IMG/VR virus record: IMGVR_UViG_3300033412_000498
Coordinates: 1-27,595 of that record
Strand: one strand, 5' to 3'
Origin: a virus
Taxonomy: Duplodnaviria; Caudoviricetes
Length of the DNA: 27,595 nt
Each line of letters begins with the position of its first letter. Positions within the stretch are counted from its first letter, which is position 1. The position numbers and the translations under genes are program-made. The notes beneath the pieces are model-generated. The model was not told where the DNA came from. It saw only the letters and a list, made by a program, of their open reading frames with translations, and did not search any database. Shown one piece after another: positions 1-7,445 of the stretch.

Positions 1-24
1 CTCTTGAGGCCACGGACAGTGTGG

Positions 25-207
25 TCACCATCGAGGTTGCACAGTTCCGCTCGATGACGGCGCGAGGTGGAGTTGCGTCGGGTGCCTGCCCGGGCCGCCC
101 TCGGTGTGCAACTCATCAAGGCTGACGACGAGCGGCAACACGCGACGACGGGTCGCGTTCACCGAGGTGGCCCCCTCCCTCTTCCGGGCCATGGCCGTTG
201 AGCGCAC
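25..207 (-). CDS. Small hypothetical protein (start uncertain; ATG at 192 is an alternative)
   Basis: Continues the run of tightly packed minus-strand small ORFs; no recognisable motif. Confidence 0.35.
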   Translation of the reverse strand: MRSTAMARKREGATSVNATRRRVLPLVVSLDELHTEGGPGRHPTQLHLAPSSSGTVQPRW

Positions 208-216
208 CCCTCGGCC

Positions 217-351
217 TCACACGGTCGGTTCACCCGGCCCGCTCTCGTCGACCATAACGAGCCATGCGAGCTCCTCATCCACGGTGTACGGGTCGCCCTC
301 GGGCTCGTCGTCCCACACGACCGGCTCGTCGCCGTCGTAGTCGTAGGTCAT
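217..351 (-). CDS. 44-aa very acidic hypothetical protein
   Basis: Read manually (below ORF-track cutoff): MTYDYDGDEPVVWDDEPEGDPYTVDEELAWLVMVDESGPGEPTV; ATGA overlap with the upstream gene's stop. Confidence 0.65.
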   Translation of the reverse strand: MTYDYDGDEPVVWDDEPEGDPYTVDEELAWLVMVDESGPGEPTV

Positions 352-479
352 CGCAGGCCCCAGAAGATGAGGCCGATGATGACCACAGTGGTCACGACCA
401 CGGCGATCGGCGTCAAGGTGTATCGCCTGTCGAGGCGTCGTATACGCCGTTCGAGATCGGCCCTCGTGTCACGTGCCAT
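348..479 (-). CDS. 43-aa single-pass membrane protein
   Basis: MARDTRADLERRIRRLDRRYTLTPIAVVVTTVVIIGLIFWGLR; TGATG coupling to the upstream ORF; C-terminal hydrophobic helix. Confidence 0.7.
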   Translation of the reverse strand: MARDTRADLERRIRRLDRRYTLTPIAVVVTTVVIIGLIFWGLR

Positions 480-730
480 CACACCGACCCCTCGGCCCGT
501 CGACCCGCCCGGTTGATGATGTCGTGGATGCGGCCACACGTGCATTGCTTGTCAGCCCACACCTTGCCCCCGTAGAGGCGAACCCCCTCGACGGCGTGCC
601 GATCACACCACGCCACCGTGCCCCGTGCCACGCCGTCATCGTCGAACCGATGACCGACCACAGTGGCCTCGTCAAAACACCCGCGCATCGCGCAGAAGCG
701 TCGTATGCGTCGACGGTTGCTCATCGTCAC
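479..730 (-). CDS. Small Cys/His-rich putative Zn-binding protein
   Basis: C-x4-C-x3-ATV...WCxRH plus CxC; GAGGTG SD suggests a start at MSNRRR; paralogous pattern to 885..1106. Confidence 0.7.
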   Translation of the reverse strand: MTMSNRRRIRRFCAMRGCFDEATVVGHRFDDDGVARGTVAWCDRHAVEGVRLYGGKVWADKQCTCGRIHDIINRAGRRAEGSV

Positions 731-731
731 C

Positions 732-884
732 TCACGTCAACTTGATGAACGCCAACACGACCGACACGAGTTGTACGACGCCCAGGGCGGCGAAAACGAT
801 GACGAGGCGGTTGATTGCCCGTACATGTTTCTCGTGAACGGCGATGACGTTGTCGAGCATCTCGGGCGTCACCTGGTCATCCAC
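732..884 (-). CDS. 50-aa membrane protein
   Basis: Manual ORF (GTG start after GAGGTGG): MDDQVTPEMLDNVIAVHEKHVRAINRLVIVFAALGVVQLVSVVLAFIKLT; one C-terminal TM helix. Confidence 0.65.
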   Translation of the reverse strand: MDDQVTPEMLDNVIAVHEKHVRAINRLVIVFAALGVVQLVSVVLAFIKLT

Positions 885-1106
885 TTAGGTCCACCTCTTG
901 CCGTGCCGTCGCTTGTCGATGACGGGTACGTCGGGTCGCCGTTGCCGGGCCCGGATGAGGACGGTGCGGGAGTGGCGAGGACAGAACGGCCACGAGCGAG
1001 GCGCACCGTCCACAGTGAACGTGAGCCACACCGTGGCCCGCTCACGACAGTCGCCCTCGACACAGTGCCACACCGCCCCCGCCACCCCCTGAGCCGAATC
1101 GTTCAT
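885..1106 (-). CDS. Small putative Zn-binding protein
   Basis: C-x4-C-x3-ATV...FCxRH; AAGGGG SD upstream. Confidence 0.7.
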   Translation of the reverse strand: MNDSAQGVAGAVWHCVEGDCRERATVWLTFTVDGAPRSWPFCPRHSRTVLIRARQRRPDVPVIDKRRHGKRWT

Positions 1107-1144
1107 GCAGCCGATTCCCCTTGTTCAACGACCGAGGCCCGGCC

Positions 1145-2251
1145 CTAGTCGTGGGCCACCCACCACGCCGCGAGTCCGATGATGGCGAGGATGACCACGA
1201 GGACGATGAGGAGAGCGGCCCTCGTTGAGTCCGAGGTACGGGTCGACACCGTCCCGGTCGGATACTGCCCCCACACGCCATCGAACGAGCCCCACCCCGA
1301 TCGGTTGCCGTAGCGGTCGATGGACTGGCCCCACCACGAACCGGTGCCCGCCGGCGCACCCGAGGTGGCCGAGCCCAGGCCCGCCACGTAGAGGGCCCCG
1401 CCGTCGGGTGTCCACTGTGCGGTGAGGGTGCCCTGCACGATGCGACCACCGAGGTTCTCGGAGGCCCCCTCACCCGACCACATGGCCGACATGCCGCCGG
1501 CCCACCATGAATGCCACACCTCACCGCCGGGCCCGACATAGAGGAGGTCCTGACGGTTGATGTCGAACGGGCAGTTGAGTAACACGGCCCCGTCTCCTGT
1601 CTGTCGTACGCGACCCCGGTTGCGCCACTGCTCGACCGTCTCTCCCTTGAGGACGCTCAGGAGGGCCTCTTTGTTGTCGACACTCGTCGACTGGTCCCGG
1701 TTCTCGCTGAGGTGAATGTGCCACAGGTGCGAGGGGTCCGAGGTGGCCGGCACCCCGTACCGACAGTCCCAGCCCTCTACGTAGGTGTCGGTGTTGGCTT
1801 GCCCGTAGAACTCCCGCCACCCATCGAGCCTCTCGTCGTGCAGGTCCTGAGCCGAGGCGAGGAGACGCTTGGTGTACCGGGCGATGGTCGTGTAGTTGCC
1901 CGCCTGTGCGTCGGGGAACGTCCAATCGATGGCCCCGCACATGTCGCCCGGGCCGCCACCGTCGGGAGGTTGGTCGCACACCGAGTAGTCGTTGCGCGGG
2001 AGGGCGTTACGGTAGTTGTGATAGCCGGGTTTCGATGCGAACGTGCCACCGAGCTTAGTGGACGGTTCGAGCCTCTGTAGCTCGCCCCACAACCACCACA
2101 TAGCGTCGGTCGTGTGCGAGGGCTTACCACTGCCGTACGTGGCGGGTATCGGTAACCACCTCGACAACCACCGCAGCAACCGTCGCCACCACACGTCACG
2201 GGTGATGGCCGGGCATAACCCGACCACCCCGCGTCGGTCGATTGACTTCAT
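1145..2251 (-). CDS. Putative endolysin (M15-like Zn peptidase) with Trp/Gly-rich propeller/lectin-like repeats and C-terminal TM helix
   Basis: GYHN...AID...SHLWHIHLS resembles the His/Asp/HxH Zn ligands of M15-type peptidases in actinomycete phage lysins; DLLYVGPGGEVWHSWW-type blades; ends AALLIVLVVILAIIGLAAWW. Confidence 0.6.
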   Translation of the reverse strand: MKSIDRRGVVGLCPAITRDVWWRRLLRWLSRWLPIPATYGSGKPSHTTDAMWWLWGELQRLEPSTKLGGTFASKPGYHNYRNALPRNDYSVCDQPPDGGGPGDMCGAIDWTFPDAQAGNYTTIARYTKRLLASAQDLHDERLDGWREFYGQANTDTYVEGWDCRYGVPATSDPSHLWHIHLSENRDQSTSVDNKEALLSVLKGETVEQWRNRGRVRQTGDGAVLLNCPFDINRQDLLYVGPGGEVWHSWWAGGMSAMWSGEGASENLGGRIVQGTLTAQWTPDGGALYVAGLGSATSGAPAGTGSWWGQSIDRYGNRSGWGSFDGVWGQYPTGTVSTRTSDSTRAALLIVLVVILAIIGLAAWWVAHD

Positions 2252-2255
2252 GGGA

Positions 2256-2471
2256 CTAGCCCCGGGCGTGCCGGGCCCGTACCCAGGTCACGAGAGCGGC
2301 CCCCAGGACGACGAGGACAACGCCCACGCCGAGGACGCCCCACGTCTCGCCGCCCGGCCCCGTCACCGGGAGCTTGCCCGTGGGCGAGGGTGAGGGCGAC
2401 ACGCTCACCGAGGGCGTCACCCCGTCACTCGGTGTCGGCTCGGGTGACGGCGGTGCGTACGTATACATCAT
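2256..2471 (-). CDS. 71-aa LPXTG sortase-signal mini-protein
   Basis: Pro/Ser/Thr stalk, LPVTG, hydrophobic helix, basic tail RARHARG; strong GAGGAAAGG SD; no N-terminal signal peptide. Confidence 0.8.
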   Translation of the reverse strand: MMYTYAPPSPEPTPSDGVTPSVSVSPSPSPTGKLPVTGPGGETWGVLGVGVVLVVLGAALVTWVRARHARG

Positions 2472-2495
2472 GGTCGTTTCCTTTCCTCGCGGGGC

Positions 2496-2624
2496 CTACC
2501 CCCGTGGCTCATTCTCCCCACGTGCCGGCTCGGGCGTGCCTGGTGTCCGATGTTGACAGTCACACCAGGTGTCCCGGCGGCCGCAGTGGTCGCCCTCGGC
2601 GCACTTCTTGCACACGAACGTCAT
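2496..2624 (-). CDS. 42-aa Cys-rich protein
   Basis: MTFVCKKCAEGDHCGRRDTWCDCQH...; ATGA overlap with the upstream stop; GGAGG SD. Confidence 0.65.
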   Translation of the reverse strand: MTFVCKKCAEGDHCGRRDTWCDCQHRTPGTPEPARGENEPRG

Positions 2625-2860
2625 CGGTCCTGCCTCCTCTTGAGATAGCGCTGCCAGTCGACCTCGCCCCAGGCCGCCGTTCCGATGACGGCGACCATCC
2701 ACGTGAACCACCACGCCCACGCCGCCGGCACACAGACCACGACCACGGTGACCGTGACGAGGGTGGCGTAGAGGCCGAGTCGGATATAGGAACGAAACAC
2801 ATAGGACTCGATGGGATCGCCGTCGAGGTTCGCCGGGGGCGGGCGACGTCGGTTACTCAT
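2621..2860 (-). CDS. Two-TM membrane protein, holin candidate
   Basis: 79 aa from MSNRRR (ATGA coupled); two hydrophobic segments and a charged C-terminus; close to the lysin. Holin role is inference. Confidence 0.55.
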   Translation of the reverse strand: MSNRRRPPPANLDGDPIESYVFRSYIRLGLYATLVTVTVVVVCVPAAWAWWFTWMVAVIGTAAWGEVDWQRYLKRRQDR

Positions 2861-3345
2861 CGGGTGCCCTTCCATTCGGCGAGCATCACCTGAGTGACGC
2901 TGTAACCGTGTGTCCTTGAGCGGTGCCTCAGCATCGCCGTCCGGTCGTTGGTGGACAGTCCACAGTCGGGGCACGTGCCGGGCATCCTGGGTCGCTTGAC
3001 GCCATGGGTGATGGCGAGGTGGTTCGGCAACGAGCGGACATCGACCATGGCCCGACACTCGGGGCATCGCTTGTCCATGCGGCCACCCTGTCTCACGGGT
3101 CGCTTACGCGGGGCCTCATCGCGGATGAGGGGTCGCTCCCGCTCGTCGTACGCCCGGCCCGCCTCGGTGGCGAGGGTGAGGCACGCCGCCCACACCGGGA
3201 GGTGCAGTCCGCAGAGGTCGAGGGCGACGAGGTCCCCCGGCGTGTCCACACCGAGGCTCACCACGAGCGTCGTAATGGCGGGCCGCTCGACGCCCTTGAG
3301 GTGGCACGTGTCGCAATAGCCAACGACCCGGACGTCACGACTCAC
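2857..3345 (-). CDS. Lsr2-like N-terminal domain fused to two C2H2 zinc fingers (putative DNA-binding regulator)
   Basis: GTG start after GGAGAG; CDxC...TTLVVSLG...ALDLC..H...EAGR resembles the Lsr2 dimerisation domain; CPEC-x11-H-x4-H and CPDC-x12-H-x4-H fingers. Confidence 0.6.
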   Translation of the reverse strand: MSRDVRVVGYCDTCHLKGVERPAITTLVVSLGVDTPGDLVALDLCGLHLPVWAACLTLATEAGRAYDERERPLIRDEAPRKRPVRQGGRMDKRCPECRAMVDVRSLPNHLAITHGVKRPRMPGTCPDCGLSTNDRTAMLRHRSRTHGYSVTQVMLAEWKGTR

Positions 3346-3363
3346 ACTCTCTCCGTTCGTAAG

Positions 3364-3418
3364 CCGGGCCGTGTGTCCGAGGGTTGTGTGGGCCCTCTTG
3401 GATGGACACACGGCCCGG
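3364..3418. terminator. Intergenic stem-loop (terminator or processing site)
   Basis: Perfect 15-bp inverted repeat CCGGGCCGTGTGTCC / GGACACACGGCCCGG with an inner GAGGG/CCCTC stem. Confidence 0.6.
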
Positions 3419-3421
3419 TGC

Positions 3422-4012
3422 TCATGGTGCCGGTGCCCCGGTGCGCCGGGCCGCCTCGTCGAGCTCGCGTTGGTAGTCGACGGTCGCCACGGCGGTCACG
3501 AGGGCGTGGGCCACCGGCCCGGTCATCATGAGGGGCGCGTCGGTGATGAGGTGGTCGTCAAGTTGGTCCCGGTAGAACGTGACCGGGGAGAGCTCCTCGG
3601 CGAGGACGCCGACGACGACCCGCCCGGTGCGCCTCATCGGATTCTGGGAGGGCCTCGTGTTGAGCCACGAGGGGTCACGCGAGTCGGTGGCCCAGGACTC
3701 GAACGCGAGGGCGAGGCCGCACCACAGAGGGTCGGCCCGGGTGACCGCGACGGCGGTGTTACGCCGCTCGATGACGACCCGTAGGGCCGACAGGACGATG
3801 ACGGGCCCGGCCCGCCACGTGCTCGCCGCTACCGGCAGGCGGACGGACTCAATGGAGTGTCGCTTCACGGTCCGGTAGTGCAGGGCGTAGAGGGCCGGGT
3901 CGACGTCTTCGGTGCCGTGCCACCCGTCGCGGCCGTAATCCCACTCGACGAACCGTAGGGCGACCATGAGTGGCGTGTCCCTCACACCCATCGTCACCGC
4001 CTCACGCCGCAT
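3422..4012 (-). CDS. Hypothetical phage protein (alternative start 3991)
   Basis: 196-aa ORF with normal globular composition in operon orientation; no motif recognised. Confidence 0.75.
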   Translation of the reverse strand: MRREAVTMGVRDTPLMVALRFVEWDYGRDGWHGTEDVDPALYALHYRTVKRHSIESVRLPVAASTWRAGPVIVLSALRVVIERRNTAVAVTRADPLWCGLALAFESWATDSRDPSWLNTRPSQNPMRRTGRVVVGVLAEELSPVTFYRDQLDDHLITDAPLMMTGPVAHALVTAVATVDYQRELDEAARRTGAPAP

Positions 4013-4086
4013 CTCAGACCACCGTCATCCGTTAGGCGTAACGGTTGCAGCACAACGACGTTACGGGGGTCACGGCCATGAATCGC

Positions 4087-4554
4087 TTACCGAGAGGGCC
4101 TCATGTCTGCCGGAGCATAGTCAGCGACGTGGCGGCCATCCTCCTCATCGCCATCGCCATCGGCCTGCTCATCGTGGGCACTCTGTGGCTCATCAGGTGG
4201 TTCTACGGATAGCGGCGTGACCGCGACGTAGGCGTCGATGAACGGGCCCATGAGACGCAGAGGCAGGGACACATACCAGTCCTCGGCCCGGCCCCGGCCC
4301 ACTCGCTTGTGAACGAGGATGCCGGTACGCCACCTCGACCGCACGACCTGGTCGGCCATCTCGTCGACCGCCTCGGCGAGGTGGATGCGGGCGTGGTTCT
4401 TGATACTCACCACGAACGGCAACCCCCGTACGTCGCCCGTGTCGGTGCGCTGCCTCGACGTGGTCCTCGGCCGCCACACGTAGTACCCCCGGGCGGTGAG
4501 CCATGCCACGACCATCGCCTCGGCGACGTAGCCCTTGCGGGACGCCCGGCTCAC
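4087..4554 (-). CDS. Holliday junction resolvase-like PD-(D/E)XK nuclease
   Basis: GTGA-coupled start; KG-x3-E...D-x-GD-x2-G...SIKN...HKR..G..W pattern of actinophage resolvases; acidic tail overlaps an antisense ORF. Confidence 0.75.
   Translation of the reverse strand: MSRASRKGYVAEAMVVAWLTARGYYVWRPRTTSRQRTDTGDVRGLPFVVSIKNHARIHLAEAVDEMADQVVRSRWRTGILVHKRVGRGRAEDWYVSLPLRLMGPFIDAYVAVTPLSVEPPDEPQSAHDEQADGDGDEEDGRHVADYAPADMRPSR
4129..4212 (+). CDS. 27-aa antisense single-pass micropeptide (44 aa if started at ATG 4078)
   Basis: MAAILLIAIAIGLLIVGTLWLIRWFYG; -10-like CATAGT 7 nt before the GTG (leaderless geometry). Confidence 0.5.
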   Translation: MAAILLIAIAIGLLIVGTLWLIRWFYG

Positions 4555-4787
4555 GTCTTGCCCGCCCGTGCCTTGAGGAGGGCCGTGGACGCTTTGGCGT
4601 AGAGGGCGAGGCTGAGCATCGCCACCACGTGCCGACCGTCCTCCAGGCGGACGAGGAGGGCGACCGAGGGAACGCCGTCGACCGGGGCGACCAGGCCGAT
4701 CCTCTCCACGTCCCCGAACGGTGGATCGATGACGTCGGCCCACGGGTCGTCGAGGAGGTCGGCGGTGACGGTGAGGGTGTCGCTCAT
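4551..4787 (-). CDS. Hypothetical phage protein (78 aa)
   Basis: ATG after GGAGG SD; MSDTLTV...PSVALLVRLEDGRHVVA; stop overlaps the resolvase start. Confidence 0.7.
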   Translation of the reverse strand: MSDTLTVTADLLDDPWADVIDPPFGDVERIGLVAPVDGVPSVALLVRLEDGRHVVAMLSLALYAKASTALLKARAGKT

Positions 4788-4849
4788 GGGTGTCCTCCAC
4801 AGTGGAAACAGTGGTTGGTCCCCAGGGAGGGGGACGCTCTCGATGGTCC

Positions 4850-5173
4850 TCACCCGAGGTACCTCAGGGCGATGATGATGGCCCCGACGCCCGCCACCAT
4901 GAGGACGCTCACGATGGCGAGGACGGCGAGATGGTCGACCCGGTCGGCCGTGTCGTACGTGTCCCGCTCGATGGCGTCGAGACGCTCCTCGACGCTCTTG
5001 GTCCACTCCTCGGTGAGCCACCTCAGGTGGCCGTACACCGACCAGACGAGGTCGTCGGTGCTCAGGTCGAGGGGCGAGGCCGACACGGGCCGGTCGTCCT
5101 CGACGGGCACGACAGCTAGCCCCGGGACGAACTCCTCGGCCGGCGTCTCCACGGTGTAACGCTTGCGGGTCAT
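4850..5173 (-). CDS. Coiled-coil protein with C-terminal TM helix
   Basis: MTRKRYTV..., GAGGAGG SD, ATGA coupling; ends LAVLAIVSVLMVAGVGAIIIALRYLG. Confidence 0.75.
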   Translation of the reverse strand: MTRKRYTVETPAEEFVPGLAVVPVEDDRPVSASPLDLSTDDLVWSVYGHLRWLTEEWTKSVEERLDAIERDTYDTADRVDHLAVLAIVSVLMVAGVGAIIIALRYLG

Positions 5174-5502
5174 ACTTCCTCCTCGGATCGAGGGCCCCCA
5201 CACAGGCCACACAGGGTCGAGACGGCGTCGGGGCCGTACCGGACGACCGGGCCCCGGCACAGGGCGCAGGGACCGTTTGGGCGGGCGGGTGGGGCCTCGA
5301 AAACGCGGTCGACCCCCAGGGCCCGCACGATGAGGTGGACGGCCTCCCGCTCGGTCGGCACCGGGCCCCGCTCGAACGGGGTCGAGGCGTGACCGAGGCA
5401 CAGGCCCCGCGAGCTCGCGAGGTCGGCCTCGACGGCCCACACCGTGGCGGCCGAACACTTGCGGCACCGCCGGGTGGCCCGGGTGAGCACGAGGTGTTTC
5501 AC
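5170..5502 (-). CDS. Putative Zn-binding protein
   Basis: GTGA-coupled to the primase stop; CxxC, CxxH, CxxC, CxxC motifs. Confidence 0.7.
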   Translation of the reverse strand: MKHLVLTRATRRCRKCSAATVWAVEADLASSRGLCLGHASTPFERGPVPTEREAVHLIVRALGVDRVFEAPPARPNGPCALCRGPVVRYGPDAVSTLCGLCGGPRSEEEV

Positions 5503-7445
5503 GAGGCGACCCGCCCGTAGTAGTTCGGGTCGTGGGTAAGGCACCGGGTAACCCCGTGGGAGGCGAACTCGACCACGTCCACGGTGGACCCGCACACCTC
5601 GCACCGGTTGACCACTTGACCACTTGCCCCGGTGTTCTGTCCCCCCCTAGGGAACCCCCCAACTCGGGTGGTAAGTGGCTCGCTCGGTGGCAAGTGACTC
5701 GGGGCCTCTTGCCCCGCCTCGTCGAGCATGGCCGAGGGCCGCAGCATCCATCGGGCGGTCCGGTTGCCCTCCTCGCCGAATACCTTGACGAGGCCGACGT
5801 CGGCCCGGGCCCGCCTCAGCGAGTGCTCGGAGAACCCCTCGACCTTGCCAGCGGCGACGATCTCCACCCAGGACATCGGGCCGGCCCTGAGGAGGTCGAC
5901 GAGGAACGCCGATTCGTACTCCCGGGCCCGCCGGTCGGCCGCCCCGAGCTCCTCGTCCCCACGACCCCGTCGGGGCCCGTCGAGGAGGCCCTGTGCGTCC
6001 TCGGTGGATGCCCCCCGCCAGTCGAGTACGGGCAGGCCCTCGGCCCCGGCCACGATGCCGTACCGGAGGCTCGGCGGTGGCTCGGAGAGGTTGCCCTTGA
6101 CGCGGGCGAGGACCCGGGTGCCGGGGTCGTCGGGGTCGGGGGCGACGAGGAACCCCGCCCGGGCCGCCCCGCTGAACCCGATCGATCCGTTGCCCCGGTG
6201 CACCGCCTTGACACCCTGCCCGCCCTTGGTGAGATGTCTGATTCCGATGACGGCGGCCCGTAGCCGCGAGGCGAGGGCAGCGAGGGGGTAGAGGGCCTGC
6301 CTCACCTGCATGTCGTTGTGGCTGTCGAGAGTGGACGAGAGGAATGCCGCGAGGGGATCGAAGAAGATGACCCGGGCCCCGACCTCGACCGCCCGCCGTT
6401 CGAGCGAGGGGAGGTCGTCGGTGAACGAGAACGGCCGCTCGGGGGTCGCCCCGTGGGGGAAGAGGGTCACGTAGTCGAGCCGGGCCCCGGCGGCGACGAG
6501 ACGGGGCACAATCGTGTCCTCAAGGTCATCCTCAGCGCTGACCATGAACACCGGCCACGGTCCATCGTGGAGGGTGCCGTCGGGCATCGGGGCACCCGAG
6601 CTCCACCGGGCCGCGAGGTCGACCGTGAGGACGCTCTTGCCGTCGCCCGGGTCGCCCTCGATGAGGGACAGCTTGCCGAGCGGGACGTAGCCTCCCCAGG
6701 CCCACTCGACACGGCGCATACGGACGTTCGCGGCCACGTACGCCGCCACCTCCTCGACGTCGCTGAGCGGGTCGACGTCGTCGAGGGAATAGCCCGCGTC
6801 AAGGAGGTCACTGACATCCTTGCCGTGCCTCGGTACGACGAGCGTCACCGAGGCGGCGTAGGGCCGTAGCGAGGCGGCCACCGTGCGGGCGTGGGCCCGC
6901 CCCGGCGGGTCGTTGTCGGCGTAGACGATGACGTGACAGTCGACGAGTTGTTCGGCGTAGTGGCCGAGCCACGAGCCGGCCCCACCGACCGAAGTGGTAC
7001 CGAGGTGACCCTCGGCGATGAGCCGGTCGGCGTCCTTCTCCCCCTCGACATAGTGGACGGTGACCCCTGCCGAGCGTGCCCAGTGAAGGGCGGGTAGTTG
7101 GTAGAGGACACGCTCGGCAGGGGACGGCAGGCGGCCGCGTACCCGGAAGGTTTTAGGGTTACGCCACCGCTCGACCTCGTACGCGACGGTGCCGTCGACG
7201 TGGAGGTACTGATAGACGATCTCCGGCTCGCTCTTACCCATCAGGTCGCTTGTGGACAGACCCAGGGCGGTCATCACCGCCTCGGCCGTACACCCCGCGT
7301 GACAGTGGACGATGATGGGTTGCCGACGCCCCTGATTCACCATGAGCGAGGCCACGTGGTCATCGTGGGCGGGACACCGTGCGGCGTACCCGCTCGGGAG
7401 CTTGCGTACGCCGTCGAGCTTGCCGACGAGGTCGTCTAGGTTCAT
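5499..7445 (-). CDS. DNA primase-helicase (Zn-binding domain + TOPRIM + RepA/AAA_25-type helicase)
   Basis: CPAHDD...CHAGC; VEGEKD, ADNDPPG, GKDVSD (TOPRIM); Walker A EGDPGDGKS, FFDPL, IRHLTK, GS..FSGAARA; C-terminal CxxC...CxxH. Confidence 0.92.
   Translation of the reverse strand: MNLDDLVGKLDGVRKLPSGYAARCPAHDDHVASLMVNQGRRQPIIVHCHAGCTAEAVMTALGLSTSDLMGKSEPEIVYQYLHVDGTVAYEVERWRNPKTFRVRGRLPSPAERVLYQLPALHWARSAGVTVHYVEGEKDADRLIAEGHLGTTSVGGAGSWLGHYAEQLVDCHVIVYADNDPPGRAHARTVAASLRPYAASVTLVVPRHGKDVSDLLDAGYSLDDVDPLSDVEEVAAYVAANVRMRRVEWAWGGYVPLGKLSLIEGDPGDGKSVLTVDLAARWSSGAPMPDGTLHDGPWPVFMVSAEDDLEDTIVPRLVAAGARLDYVTLFPHGATPERPFSFTDDLPSLERRAVEVGARVIFFDPLAAFLSSTLDSHNDMQVRQALYPLAALASRLRAAVIGIRHLTKGGQGVKAVHRGNGSIGFSGAARAGFLVAPDPDDPGTRVLARVKGNLSEPPPSLRYGIVAGAEGLPVLDWRGASTEDAQGLLDGPRRGRGDEELGAADRRAREYESAFLVDLLRAGPMSWVEIVAAGKVEGFSEHSLRRARADVGLVKVFGEEGNRTARWMLRPSAMLDEAGQEAPSHLPPSEPLTTRVGGFPRGGQNTGASGQVVNRCEVCGSTVDVVEFASHGVTRCLTHDPNYYGRVAS
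5604..5696. repeat. Iteron-like putative replication origin, copy 1 (inside the primase-helicase C-terminal linker)
   Basis: TTG/CACTTG units at 8-bp period, central CCCTAGGG palindrome, then inverted GTAAGTGG and GCAAGTG units. Confidence 0.65.

Noticed and set aside
1127-1136. AACGACCGAG as a dispersed operator (also 10392, 16667, 27390)
   Set aside because: Only 10 bp and GC-rich, and one copy is inside the tape measure gene; kept only as supporting context for the two copies followed by a -10 hexamer.
2476-2487. 12-bp repeat shared with 13590-13601 (GAGGAAAGGAAA on the minus strand); also GTCACCTCACG at 726 and 27126
   Set aside because: Both are explained as Shine-Dalgarno or stop-SD sequences.
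4031-4037. GTTAGGC, a canonical integron core site
   Set aside because: No matching partner box at attC distance and no integron integrase.
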